Assembly (NCBI RefSeq): GCF_018350175.1
Contig: NC_058368.1
Location: 163,310,001-163,374,000 of the forward strand
Source of the DNA: Felis catus
Lineage: Eukaryota
Length of the DNA stretch: 64,000 bases
Direction of reading: 5' to 3'
Shown here: in pieces, positions 35,638-48,171 of the stretch
Position numbering within the stretch: position 1 is the stretch's first letter
Layout: the number at the start of each line of letters is the position of its first letter
Position numbers and translations under genes: made by a program
The notes under the pieces: model-generated
The model's database searches: none
The model's input: the letters and a program-made list of their open reading frames with translations, nothing else
What the model was told of the DNA's origin: nothing

Positions 35638-38600
35638 GTAAGTATTAATTGGATGGTGTGCCAGGGTGGGCGGTCGAAGGGAGGGCAGCTATTTGAAATC
35701 AGTGAAAGGTTCTCTTTGATGGTTATGAGCATATTAATCTTTTACTGTCAGTTTCTAAAATGCACTTATCATGCCTAATGCAGAAACAAACTAGAGAGAG
35801 CCACTCAGAGACAAGGTTGCAAACTGTATCTGGAGAGATTCATGAGTAATAGTAGTTAAGGAGTTGCATGCAGATGTCAATGGTCGCCAATATCGTGTGG
35901 TCCCATTTGTATAGTATTGGCTTTCTGTCTGTGGCTGGATGCTTAATTCCACTCCACTCAACAGACTGTTTATTTACCTGCTGGTTCATGCTATAAATCG
36001 ACTGTACTTAGAATCAACATTGGGGAATTTAAGATTTTACCTGTCAAATAGTAGATGGATAGAAAGGAAGGAAGGAGAAATTGAGAGAAGGAAAGAAGCG
36101 AAGGAGGTAGAGATAGGGAAAGGCAGGAACATTGGTCCTGTTATTTCTATTGTAGAATAAGAGGACTCATAAATGGCAGGTCCTTCCCCAGCTAAGCTTT
36201 TAAGTCAGATAAGAAAAGTGACAAAATACCATCTGTTTCCATCTAGGTTGTTTTCATTGAAATATCCTCATGACAAACTTTTAACTGTTTGGGAGGAGGT
36301 GTGATTGACAAATTATTCATGGATTTGTTTCTGTCTCCCACTGCTTCACTTTTCTGGTTTGAGATGTTAATTTTGGAGAGAAAGTAATGGTAATGAGAGT
36401 TGTGCTTTGGTCCCATGAAACTAATCTTCAAGTAGGCTGTCTGAAACGGCCATTATGTGAATTATAAAATGTGTACTGTTGCCTCGGGGCCATCTGAGGA
36501 TAAATTTTCATGAGATGTTCCCACAGGAATATACATTACAGACCTGAAAAGCCAGAGCAATGTGCATTTTTTGTCCACACACTTTGGTGGCAATTCCAAC
36601 AGAAAATACAACTTAGAATAGCACTCTACAAATTTGTTTCCAGAGTTAATTCTTAAGAATGAAAGGCCTTAGGAAGTTGAGCATTGCCTGTGTGTCCTCA
36701 TTTTGTATAATAATCGAATATTACCAAGAAAAAAGGTAGAAACGACAATGCTCCCAGATCCTCAACTTTAACTTTAAAGACAGAGAAAATAATTGTAGTG
36801 CCTTGTGTAATAGTAAATGTGATTTAGGTTACAAATTCATCATTAAAATATCAACAGTAAAGGTTTTTTCAAGATCATACCCACATTTTTGGCAGCCTAG
36901 GAGAAAATAATATTTACTCACTAAAAGGCATTTTTACATGATGTTTTCTTCTTTATGATTTTATATTTTCTTTCCAAGCTCCAAGAAAGCTTGATTCCTC
37001 CTGTTTCACATTTGCATAGAAGAGAAGGCCATCTCCATGCCTGTATGCATATGAAAGTCATGTTTCACAGCAACATTACAGGTCTCACATTAAGAGGTTA
37101 TTGACTTGTTTCTGGAGGTTGGTGGTAGTATATGATTTCAGAGCTGGTGACTCTAAGGACTATAAATATATATCCTGGAATGCGTTATTGCTCTCCTAAT
37201 AGAAATGTGTTTACTTTCACATAAATTAAAATCGAGAAGTACAAGTGAATATATTCAGTCAAGGAAAATATTCATGGGAAACTCATAAAGGACTATATTA
37301 GAACTAGGGTACCAAATGGTTTTGCATTTTCTTAGGCACCTCCCTTCTAAGATTAAACTGTTCCCGGTTTGAAGGTCCTTAAAGGATCTTGTAAGATTAA
37401 TAATTATTTTCAATATATTTTTTTCTTTGTGGCTGGGAGGATTGCATGAATACTAAAGATTTTGTCACTTGTTCAAAACAGGGTTGTTTCATCTTCAATG
37501 TGAGTCCTTTAATGTACTAGCTCCAGGCGATTTGTGGTTACTACTATTTGCATAATCCAGCAACCACAGATGTTTAGGTGTAAGCAAATTGGAACTGGAA
37601 AGTTGAAAACCAAACAATCATTCATATAAGGGAATAAGTAAGGGGAAGGTTGCATGTGTTGTCTCATTAATTCTTAGGGCAAACCTGAAGGTAGCCCCAC
37701 TTTATAATTAGAGAAACAAAGGAACATCTCTGTCTTTGATTTAATCAAACAGGAGGGCAATAGTTTGTATAGGATCCTTGTTCATAGAATCAGCTCATTA
37801 CCACCCATCATTTAACAGGGGCCTACGAGACACTAATATACTTACAGCTAAGCATATTTAAGCCATTTTATAGAGAGGAAATGGAGGGTCAGAGAGGTCA
37901 AGGAACGTGAGCAAGATTTTTACTAGCTGTGTGTTCCCCTGTCATAAGAGATTTGGATGTGAGGATAGTGAATCGGGGAAGAAATGAAAGAAGTTATCAA
38001 AAGGATAGATAGAGCTGAAATACAGCAATCGCACATCTCTGTCTTACATCAAATACAATTCTTTCATTTCCTTACCTTTCAGTCTCTACCAGGAACACTC
38101 TGGCCGGTTTTGTCAAAAACAAAAATAAACCTCAAACCATCCTACAAAGCGAAACCCAGGATACACAAAGGTGAAAGATTTGCAGTAGGAAAAGTGGATA
38201 TATAGGTTGTATGTTGGGAGGGTGATCATGCGTAGCGTTTCCCTAGTCCCAGAGTGAAAGTTCTGCTAGTGGTAAACAAGGTTTTGCCATGATTGAAATA
38301 TGTGGGTTCTCCCAAATTCTAGGTCTCAGGATGCCTTTTCATAAGATTAGATATGGTTGAAAATGAAGACTTGTAAAGCATTTACTACTTTATTTTTTTA
38401 AAGACATTTATCAATTTTATATTTTCTGCTTTCATTATCTGTGCCTTTTCAATTTTTGAAGGCCAGCAGGATATGTGCTACTGGATATGGTGGGGACTCA
38501 ATATTGCTTGCTCAATACATGATTGAATACTAAAAAAAGTGTTGTGCTTGGCTATTTTTAAGACAATGTATCATCTAGTAGACACTTTACCTTTTTGCCT

Positions 38601-41600
38601 TAAATTTTACTCTTATTTGAATATAAGGGAATAATTCTTTTTTTAAGAAAAGCCACTTGTTCATACATTCAGCAGACTTTAAAAATTCTGTTGTGTGCTA
38701 GTTATTGGGCAAGGCAATGGGGATGTGAGGTATGACACCAATTCAAAGAAATTATAGCCTGGCAGAATTCTAAAGACAAGAATATAAATATTATAACATC
38801 TGAAAAGAACTTTCTCCTTTGGCTTTTCAAATTTCTAAAGAAGATCACAAAAGGCAGAGTACAATTGAGATTGCTTATTAGGACTAAAACAAACTCTCTT
38901 CGTGGTGTTAAAAGCCAGAATTGCATTTGAATAATTCATAATTTTGGCTTTCTGCTTGTGTGACTAGTTATGTAACTCATTTTAGACAAACATATTTCTT
39001 AATTCTGAGAAGATACCATCACAATTGTCATAGAATTTATATGTGCATATGCCCAGCATTTTTATGTATAAGCATGCACAACATCTTTGATGTATTTATA
39101 TGTCTCCATTGAATTAGTAAATGTGAATTAAAGTAGTTGTTTGGGGAAATACTCTAATGAAGATAAATATAATTTTTATACTTTGAACAGAATCATAGCT
39201 TTCCCTAGAACACTGCTTTTGTTTATTGTTTTAATAAGAAATCACAGATTGGAATGGGTGAAGGTATGATAAAATCTGCATTTGACCACTGAACTGTGAT
39301 GCTGTCTAAAAGGTGTTTTACAGACACTCTGAGGAATTGACTCTGACAGCAGCCCACTCAGCCAAGAAATTTGACTGTCATCTTCATCCACTTGCTTTCC
39401 CTCACATGGATGACCAGTAAATAAATGTGTCTTTTCCTTAGTGAATGATGGCGGGTCCCTATCTATCAAATTGCACTATACAAATGAGGTAGAAGCCATT
39501 GAATTTAGAAATAGATGAAATTAATCTAATGATTCATTGCTTTTCCTTTCCTTGGGCTTCTCTCTTGAATGTAGAACAATGTCTTCTGCAGAATAGCACC
39601 ATGAGACTTAAATATTTCTGAATGTGACCTTTCTTAAACAAAGCACATGTTCAGGTGATGTTGAGTTACCTCAAAAAATAGAGGAGCAGTCTAATTTTGA
39701 TCATGTTTATGGGTCATTACATAAGGTCATTACAAGACTATAAAGACCAGGGTCGGGTAGGATACAGTGCTCAGATAATCACATTTTATGGCATGACAGC
39801 AGTAAATAGAAGGAGGTGTGTGTGTGTGTACATACGTGTGAGTCTCCATCCCCATGAAGTCACTCTGTCACCTTTCTGCTTCTGATTAGTTGCCTGCATA
39901 ACTTTTCTTTTTCCTCTTCTAGGATTTTCTCCAACATGAAAACTGTAGTCTGTGTCTTCACGTGACCATTGGGTATCTTCCCGCAATCACCCTCAGAAGC
40001 TTTTCTAGCATCATAGTGAAAGTTACTTGGCGAGCTAGCGCAAATAAGATATGCTACACCTATAGGTCTCTGATGCGCAGATAAAACCTGATTTGCTTGG
40101 TCATAAACAAAAAAGAAAAGATGTTGCTGCCTGCCTTGTCTCAGAGTATTTCTAGGATGTCTTCTATTGTTTGGTCACCCAAATACCACATTTCCAACAT
40201 GACAACCCCTGATAATGCCGAGGGTTCTTTCAAGTAATAAAACAAAGGGAGATGGAGGAGTAGGAACCATCTCATCATATTCTATAAAGCTGAGAGTTAG
40301 GATGTCTTCCATTACATACATCTAGAGATCACCAGAAACTAACTGACACGTTGACTGTGCTGCTTTATTGCATTAATGTCAAAATGCCACCCCCCCCCCC
40401 CCCGCCTCTGCCGACACTCCCAGGAAAATGGCCAATCCAGAAAGCCCGGGTCTGAATCGTATTCGATGTGTGAATGCCCTTCGTTAGTGAAGGGTACATG
40501 ACATTTTGACAGTCATTCTGAAGTAGCCATTTCTGCTATTTCAGTAGGGACACCTGTAGGGGCCAGCTCTAAAAAGATAAACGTGAACTGTTCTAGTCAG
40601 AGAAAACATCATGTGAGAGACAGACAGGATTTTATCTGCATCTGGGAAGATGGTCTATTTGGATCTGCAGAGGGTAGAATATTCCAGTGGCCAACAGTAT
40701 GATCAGTGAAGGAGCACACTGGGCACAATGTGAGCCTCACCACCTGCTGGCTGCAGGGTTGTACACAAGCTACTCAGCCTGTCTCTCCTCAAGGCTCATC
40801 TGTTTGAGGGGAAAAGACCAGACATAGGGTCATTGTGAGCAATAAGCGAGCCTGGCAGGGGGTGGCCCTCAGCAAATGCTAGTGGTCGTGGGTAGTTATT
40901 AGGTGCAGAGGGCTGTCCGAGGGGAGTGCAGGGTGAGTGTAGGGAGCTGTCATGTTGGAAACGTCGCGGATCAGGAGACTGGTCAGAAGGGGCTATGGAT
41001 TTTGTTCCATAGGAAGTTAATAGGGGACTACTAGAGGGATGGTGTTACAAATATAGGGATTAATGAAGCTTATACTATTTTAGCTTGCACAGCCTGGCTG
41101 ATAAAGTCTATTTACTGATTATTCAGTTGGTTCTGACATATACCAAAAAAGTTCCATTTTAAAAGGTATATCATCCAGAAATCTAAATCTTTTTTGTGCT
41201 TAAATTATTTTATTCAGAGGCAAGGATTATTTCATTTTAAATTCATGTTCAATTTAAAGGCTTGCTCAGGTGTCTTATTTCTTGCTTAATTTGGCAGCAG
41301 CAGCTTAACGTCCTCATAAACCACATTAGGGATTCTTTCTGAAGTGCACATCATTGTCCATGCTAGTGAGGATTAACAACAATTTATCTATTAAACATTC
41401 TGATTAAAAACGTTCAAGCAAAAGGTCTTTATTTTGGTATAGAATTGCTTTACAGTTTTGGAGGAAGCTGGTGGAAGATAATATGTGATTGCTGTGGGTT
41501 TTTAACATGCTGCTAAATGGTTTGTACTGCTATGAGCTCTACATTTATCTGAACCTTTCTGACCCAGCTGCAAGATTATGAACATTAAGGGTGATCATAT

Positions 41601-44600
41601 CCTACACTTTCATGATAGTTTACAGCCTTATCTTCAGTTGCAATGGATTTTGATATATAATCTTTATTTTTTGGGAAACAAATGTTTATGGAAGGGATAT
41701 TAAGATTTGGGGCCTGTCATTTTTTAAAAATTTTAACATCTCTTTTACATTATTATGTCTTAAACCTTACATGTCTCTAGTCTCCATACTGAATATGACT
41801 GGAAACACTAACAGTAGTAGAAGACTGACACTACACAGACATGACTGTAATCACCAGAGGCTCCATTTGTGTGCCTGCTTCAGACCTCGGCCTTAAAATG
41901 ACTTCAGGTGACATAGCTGAAGCTGTACGATGTACTGCAGAGTTCCAGTGATCTCTTTTAACACACTGATTTTGAGGGATCAGCTAATTATTTCCAGAAA
42001 AATTTTCTTTATAAATTTATTTTAAAAGAAACTTTGTTCTTACTGTTTGCTCTGTGCCTTTAAGAGAGTAACACAGTCCACATTAACTAAGATGAGTTAA
42101 CCAAACTCTAAGCATGCTTATATAATACATATATTCAGGCACTAAAAATGTCGACTGGGGTCAGAATCACCTGTGAATCACCTGTGAAACTTTTCAAATG
42201 TACACATGCCTGGAATGACCTCTGAGACTTAAATGAGATATTGATGGGGGAAGGGGTAGGACTGACCCAGGATTAACTCTGAGCATCTCTACTTTTAATG
42301 AACTGCATAGCAGAATTCTAATGCACACTATTAGATAAAAAGTATCATTGACAAAAATTGTTTAATAACACGTAAAAATATCCACAGCATAGGAAAGAAA
42401 CCATTTACTATGTATAATATGATTCCACTGGGAGGAAAAAGGAAACAAAGAGAACAATAATGATCTCTAATGATATATATGGGCAATAATTCCAGAATGC
42501 CTGAATTCTGAAGATCCAAACTTGCATTTAAAAGTCAGTTCTTTTTTATTTGATAGGTTAATTATTGGTGGTCTATTGTATTCCTCTATGACATATCTTT
42601 AGCTGAGAGGGGTGTACCTCTTATATTCAGTGGTAATTTAGGGTTGATTGTGCATGGATATCTCCTAAGTCTCTAGTTCCTATACTTGGCTATGTGGGTT
42701 CTTCAAAATCTTTTCATGTCCCACGTCTGGCAGATACATCAACATTTGATATGCAGACCTGGATATCCACTTGGAAAGGAAAAACGGAGAGAAAGCCAAG
42801 TGCTAAATGAAATTCCATCCTAGGTCACATTCTTAGAGAATTTTATGGTCCTGATTTGTGTCTGATGTGCGTTAAAAGAAGCCATAAATTTTCAAACAAC
42901 CTCTTGCAGTTAGAACAAATTTTGCTTAGAACGCCAGAAAATAGACCTCACTGTCTCTGCTAAGTACGTTGCCCACACGCATCCTTTCAAGTCTTTCATT
43001 GCAGATGACATTAACCTTTGAGAAGTCCTCCACCCTGTGCACTTTCAGAGCCATTGCATTTCCTTTAATTAATGTGCGTGAGTTACTATTTCTGGAGTCT
43101 TAGTCCTTCAGAAATATTTGATTCCCAGGACTTGCTCACACTTGCTTGCCTGTAAACTGCTCTCTGATCTTATACATCAGGCAGTCTGAACTAACACCCA
43201 TTGAGACTGAAGTTCCATTTCCACTTAAGTAACTGTCATCTTATTATTGAGTTAGAAGAGTCGGTGGCACTTTTTAATCTTATGGAATATTCCCTTGCAT
43301 TCTCACAAGGCTGTGCTTCTGCCTGTTTGTGGCCATCCCAAGGCTGCCTTTGTTTATTCTGCCTGTTAGTTGTCGTAATTATCCTCTGGCTCCCTTCCCC
43401 TTGGATCCTGTACTTCTTTGGCCTATGATGGGAGAGAGAGAAAGAAGGGAGAACTTCTTTTAAGATGTGATTTGAAAATATTTTCCCATATTCTTTTTGT
43501 GTAGTGTTGAAATCTCCAGCATGGTCATATGTGTATCTTGTGCCCAACAGACCTCATTCTTATTCACTAGGGGTGGGATCTTGTTTTGCAAAGCTAGGAA
43601 TAATAAGTAGGAATGGAGCAAACCCAGGTAATGAACCTGTCAGCATAATCTTTTCCCAGTTGACCCCCCACCATTGGCAGCAGGCCCTTCAAAGAAAGTG
43701 TCCAAGGCCTGCTTTATTTTATGGCACCTACTGTTTGTTTTAGATTTACATTTTGATATGACATTCCTTTTGCTGGCAGTACTTTTCATTTCAACTTGCA
43801 ATGAATTGTACTTTGAACTATAATCATATAAATACTTTGATATTATACTCTTTCTTTAGGATGTGAAAAAGATGGTTATATACAACTCTATACCAGTAAT
43901 TTACTTAGCATTCAAATGAGATCTTGAGTTTCTGGAAGAATGCATGAGTCACAAGAGTAAGTTTCTATGAGAGGGAACTCTGAGGAATGTTCTGTTAACT
44001 ACCTCTTAAAGATATTGATTTGTTTCTAATTATAGAAACTAAAATTAAACACTAATCTGGTAAGCTTTCAATGTGGAGCAAATAAGTGGTTCTTAAAGCA
44101 GTATGTCAGAAGGAGAGGAAAATCAGAAAAGGGACAGAGAAGTTATACTTTGAATAATTTTTGCCCTTTACAAAGGACAATTAGTCCTCTGCATAAGCAG
44201 AGGCTCAGGCGAAACACTTGACTTTCCTTCCTAATGAAAAGCCAAAGAGATGGTATATCTTCATGATCTGTTTTTGTCTCAACAGGTCTCGTCTCCATCC
44301 TTCCCTAAATGTTTTTGCTTAATAATTCATTTTATAAATTTAATGATGGCCCACTTTTTAAAAAAAAATAATATTTGCCTCGTTTCCCAGCAGTACACAC
44401 AGTGATTTAATATTTAAAACAAAAAACAAAAAACAAAAACTGTTGGGGTCTCCTACACAGATCCTGACAGCTCAGAGCTTTCCTGAAAATTCTGTCCTGA
44501 ACCTTTTGTTCACCCTCATGGCTTGAGGGTTCAATTTTTGAGTAGTTCCCAAGTATGTAATTCTCTGACTTCTTTCTTGAGCAAGAGTCCAATCTTCTAC

Positions 44601-44674
44601 TGGGTATTTCCACCTGGATTTTTAGATGACACTTCAAATTCGTGTTGCTTTGCACCCAACAGCTTAATTCTTCA

Positions 44675-44815
44675 TAAAATGCATTTGGCCATGTTGGTTT
44701 ATTATCAAAATTCCTAGAATGATTCAAACTTTGGAAATCTAATATAATCCACCCATAGTAAAAGAAGTTAAGGGGGATGAGAACCATATGATCATCTACA
44801 TAAGTTCTGAAAAAA
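44675..44815 (+). mobile_element. Ancient L1 ORF2 (RT region) remnant
   Basis: AACCATATGATCATCT..GAAAAA recalls the L1 motif NHMIISIDAEKAF, preceded by a degraded VGFI..WF segment. Confidence 0.55.
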
Positions 44816-46524
44816 CAGAGGAGTTATCTTCTTGTTTGTCAAACCCCTTGTGTATTGACAGAGGGATATTGAAAAAGAGAGAGAGAGTAGAAGGTGGATA
44901 CAGTCAGATCAAAAAGTTAGATGTCCATAGAGTGAGATAAGCCATTTCATAAAAATGAATATAAGATAACAATTACATCACATACCAAAATAAATTTTAA
45001 GTGAATAAAAAACAAAGGCCAGCTACTCCCACCTCAGAGCTTTTTTCAAATTCCCTTCTGCCAGGGATAATACCCTGGGAGGATTCTGAAAGAAAGGAAG
45101 GATATCCTGTACTTGAGAGTGAGTCTATGGAGATAGAATCCCTCTTATTCCTTCTATTTCTCTTGGTAACAAATGTAGACTTGTTAACAGTAGGATTTTC
45201 TATGATTTATGAAGTGTTGTAACTTGAAATTGATTCTTTCCTTCTAAAGTATCTTCTTCAACCTCCTAGGCTTATTGTATTCTTTGGTGGTAGAAAACAA
45301 AGCCTTAAGTTCTAGCAAGTCCATTTTCCAGCCATTTGTTAGGTTTTTAAATGGTGGTATTAATATCTCATGATGGGATTTTTGGACTTTAAATTCTTAT
45401 TTTCAATGCAGTAAGTGAAAGACTTTTTATTTCCCCTGAAAGTTGTGAGTCAAATGGCTCATAGTAGGTGTTAAGTTTTCTGACCAACCACGCTTTCCAA
45501 GTCATGACACTATACTTTGATGTAGAACATATTTTATTTTGTAAATACACCTGTACTCACATATTTTAACAATAAATGATGTTTTATTTTATCAGACAAG
45601 AAAAGACAAAATATGCAGTTTTGCATACACCCGCGATTCAAGATCATTTTAGATTGTTTAGCATGTTTCTATGTAAAGGTGACTGGTAAACTGTGTTGGT
45701 AGAGCAGCAGTTTGAATGCAGACAAAAGTAGCTGAGCCAAACCCAAACCAGAAAAGGCAGCTCATGCTGAATATTGACCATGCACAATAGTATAATTTAT
45801 CTTTAATTTTTTCTTTGTTTTATCTCCAAACTCATTTTTGTTTACTTTAATGTCTTTCAACCACTATTATTCGGAGAAAAATAAAGAAGTGGCATTTAAT
45901 AAGTTTCAGTATCCTTTTAACAAGCGCACAGTGCTCCTCTAGGACAGTGATTTTTCTCTCTTCTGTACTTTCATAAAGACACATTTTCCAATTTTATTTT
46001 ATTTTCTAGTAAACTGTTTCTTTATATCACATCCCAGTGACTACTGTTGGTTTAAGATGATGATAAATTTGCGTTAAGAATCCTTCCGCTCATGTTCTGA
46101 CCACTCACTGTGGTTTCTGTTTCACTGCGGTGTTGTGCAGTATTTTATAGTACTCAGCACTCTACTGAAATCTGGAAGGGAATCTGTTGTGAACACGTAG
46201 CCTGGAGATTTCATTTTGTACCCGCATACTGTTCTCAGCACTTTAAAAAGGGTCTTCCTTTAAAAAGTGTGTGGGCATATGTATAGCTGCAGCCTATACA
46301 TTATTGCTTTTCTCTTTTCGTTCTATAATAGTTGACCACTGTACTGCAAAATTAAATTGTCATATCATGCTCATCTTAAGGAATAAGATAGTTTATACAA
46401 TCAGGAGCAACACAATATCATTGTTATACAGCTATTGGAATGGTTGAGTGATGGGGTCTCTTGGAACATTTGTGCACAGACGTGTAACTTGTATTCACAT
46501 TCATGTGTCATTTTCTTTTAACAG

Positions 46525-46612
46525 TTGACTTTAAACCTCGTGCCAGCATGGATACTGTCCATCATATGTTACTTTTTGGATGCAATATGCCTTCTTCCAC
46601 CGGAAGTTACTG
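46525..46612 (+). CDS. PAM: PAM exon 5 (aa 90-119): DFKPRASMDTVHHMLLFGCNMPSSTGSY(W), with CuH ligands H102 and H103
   Basis: Acceptor TTTTCTTTTAACAG|TT, donor TG|GTAAGG; 88 nt; HHM motif of copper type II monooxygenases (rat H107/H108). Confidence 0.97.
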
Positions 46613-47953
46613 GTAAGGGATAATGGGCTCATAGTCAAAAGGGGTGTAGAAAATGTGTATGTTTTATAAATACAAATTGCATCTGTATATGTATTTTACA
46701 ACTGATTAATAAATAGGTAGAATGCTTACTTTTCAGAAAAGAACATTGTTTTTTTGCATCACGTGGTTATCATGGTCTGATTATCAGTTATTTAGTCTGC
46801 TATGGAGCACATCCATCAGTCTTAGACACTGACTTAATAAATGTATGTCTGTTGTCGTAGATAGTGTATCAAGGTACAGACAGCTTATTTAAAAAAGACA
46901 GACAATTTAGATAATGGATGTTCTGATGTTTACTTTTTTTAAGATCTTGCTTTAATCCAAGGAGCACCATGGCTCTGTTCTTTGAGCTGAGCACTCTTTT
47001 ATCCTAGACACTGTGCTAGGTAATCTGTATACACCATTTCATTTTCTCCTAAAGTTTTTGTAGAGCAGTTACTATTGTCCCCACTTTACAAACAAGGAGC
47101 CTGAAGAGAATCAGTATCATGTTTAAGGTAACATAGCTGGTTGGTGTCAGACCAGGATAGAACCCTAGGTTGTCTGGTTCCAAATCCAGCATTTCACCAC
47201 GCTGCCTCCCATTTATTCGAGCAACTGTTGCAGTTTTAGAATTTATTTTAATCACTATGTAGAGTCTTAATATCATGTTATGAATGATCAGTAAACATCT
47301 ATTAAATGCCTCTTGTATCCTAGAACTATAGCAGATGCTGTGGAATAGAATACATAGATATATTTTTAACCCCCAGAAGCTTACAGCTTAATTTATGGCT
47401 TGAGATCTGTCCTTCCCTTTTGTTCTTTGGAGTTCATGAAGATTGGTGAGCTTTGAAAATAGCCATGCATTTGAGCCTCATATTTTGCACCAATAGCCAG
47501 AATCACTGTTATGTATTTCACAGTCCAGAATGACTAGTGTGTCTTGCTTTGCATTGAAAAAGTATCTGTTTTGTGTTCCTGTCCGTGCATAATCATGTAG
47601 ACTGATAGACCCTTCTCTGTGCATCCTAATATTCATCAGGCTGATGCAAGGCACACAGCAACTGTATTCTAGTCGTTCTTATAACAAACGACTGTAATAT
47701 GTATTTGGAACTGTTAAAAGCACAGGGCAATTAGTGGAAATCTCCAGGGACCAAGTACCATCAAAGCATTTGTTAATAGGCTTAAGTTATTTGATGAAAG
47801 GAGCATATCACATAGGAATCCTGCTCACATGACTGGGTTTACATAAAAATGGAGCCAGCAAATCACAGTTAACACTCTTTGATAGCAGCAATCCAGTTTT
47901 TGCTCTTCGATAAATTTTTGTAAATAAAATTCTGGGATTAAAAGATTATTCTG

Positions 47954-48171
47954 GGGGCGACTGGGTGGCTCAGTCTGTTAAGCATCCGACTTCGGCTCAG
48001 GTCATGATCTTGCAGTGTGTGAGTTCGAGCCCCGCGTCGGGCTCTGTGCTGACAGCTCAGAGCCTGGAGCCTGCTTCCCATTCTGTGTCTCCCTCTCTCT
48101 CTGACCCTCCCCCATTCATGCTCTGTCCCTCTTTGTCTCAAAAATAAGTAAACGTTAAAAAACAAATTTTT
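47954..48171 (+). mobile_element. CAN-SINE
   Basis: TSD AAAGATTATTCTG at 47941-47953 and 48172-48184. Confidence 0.93.
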
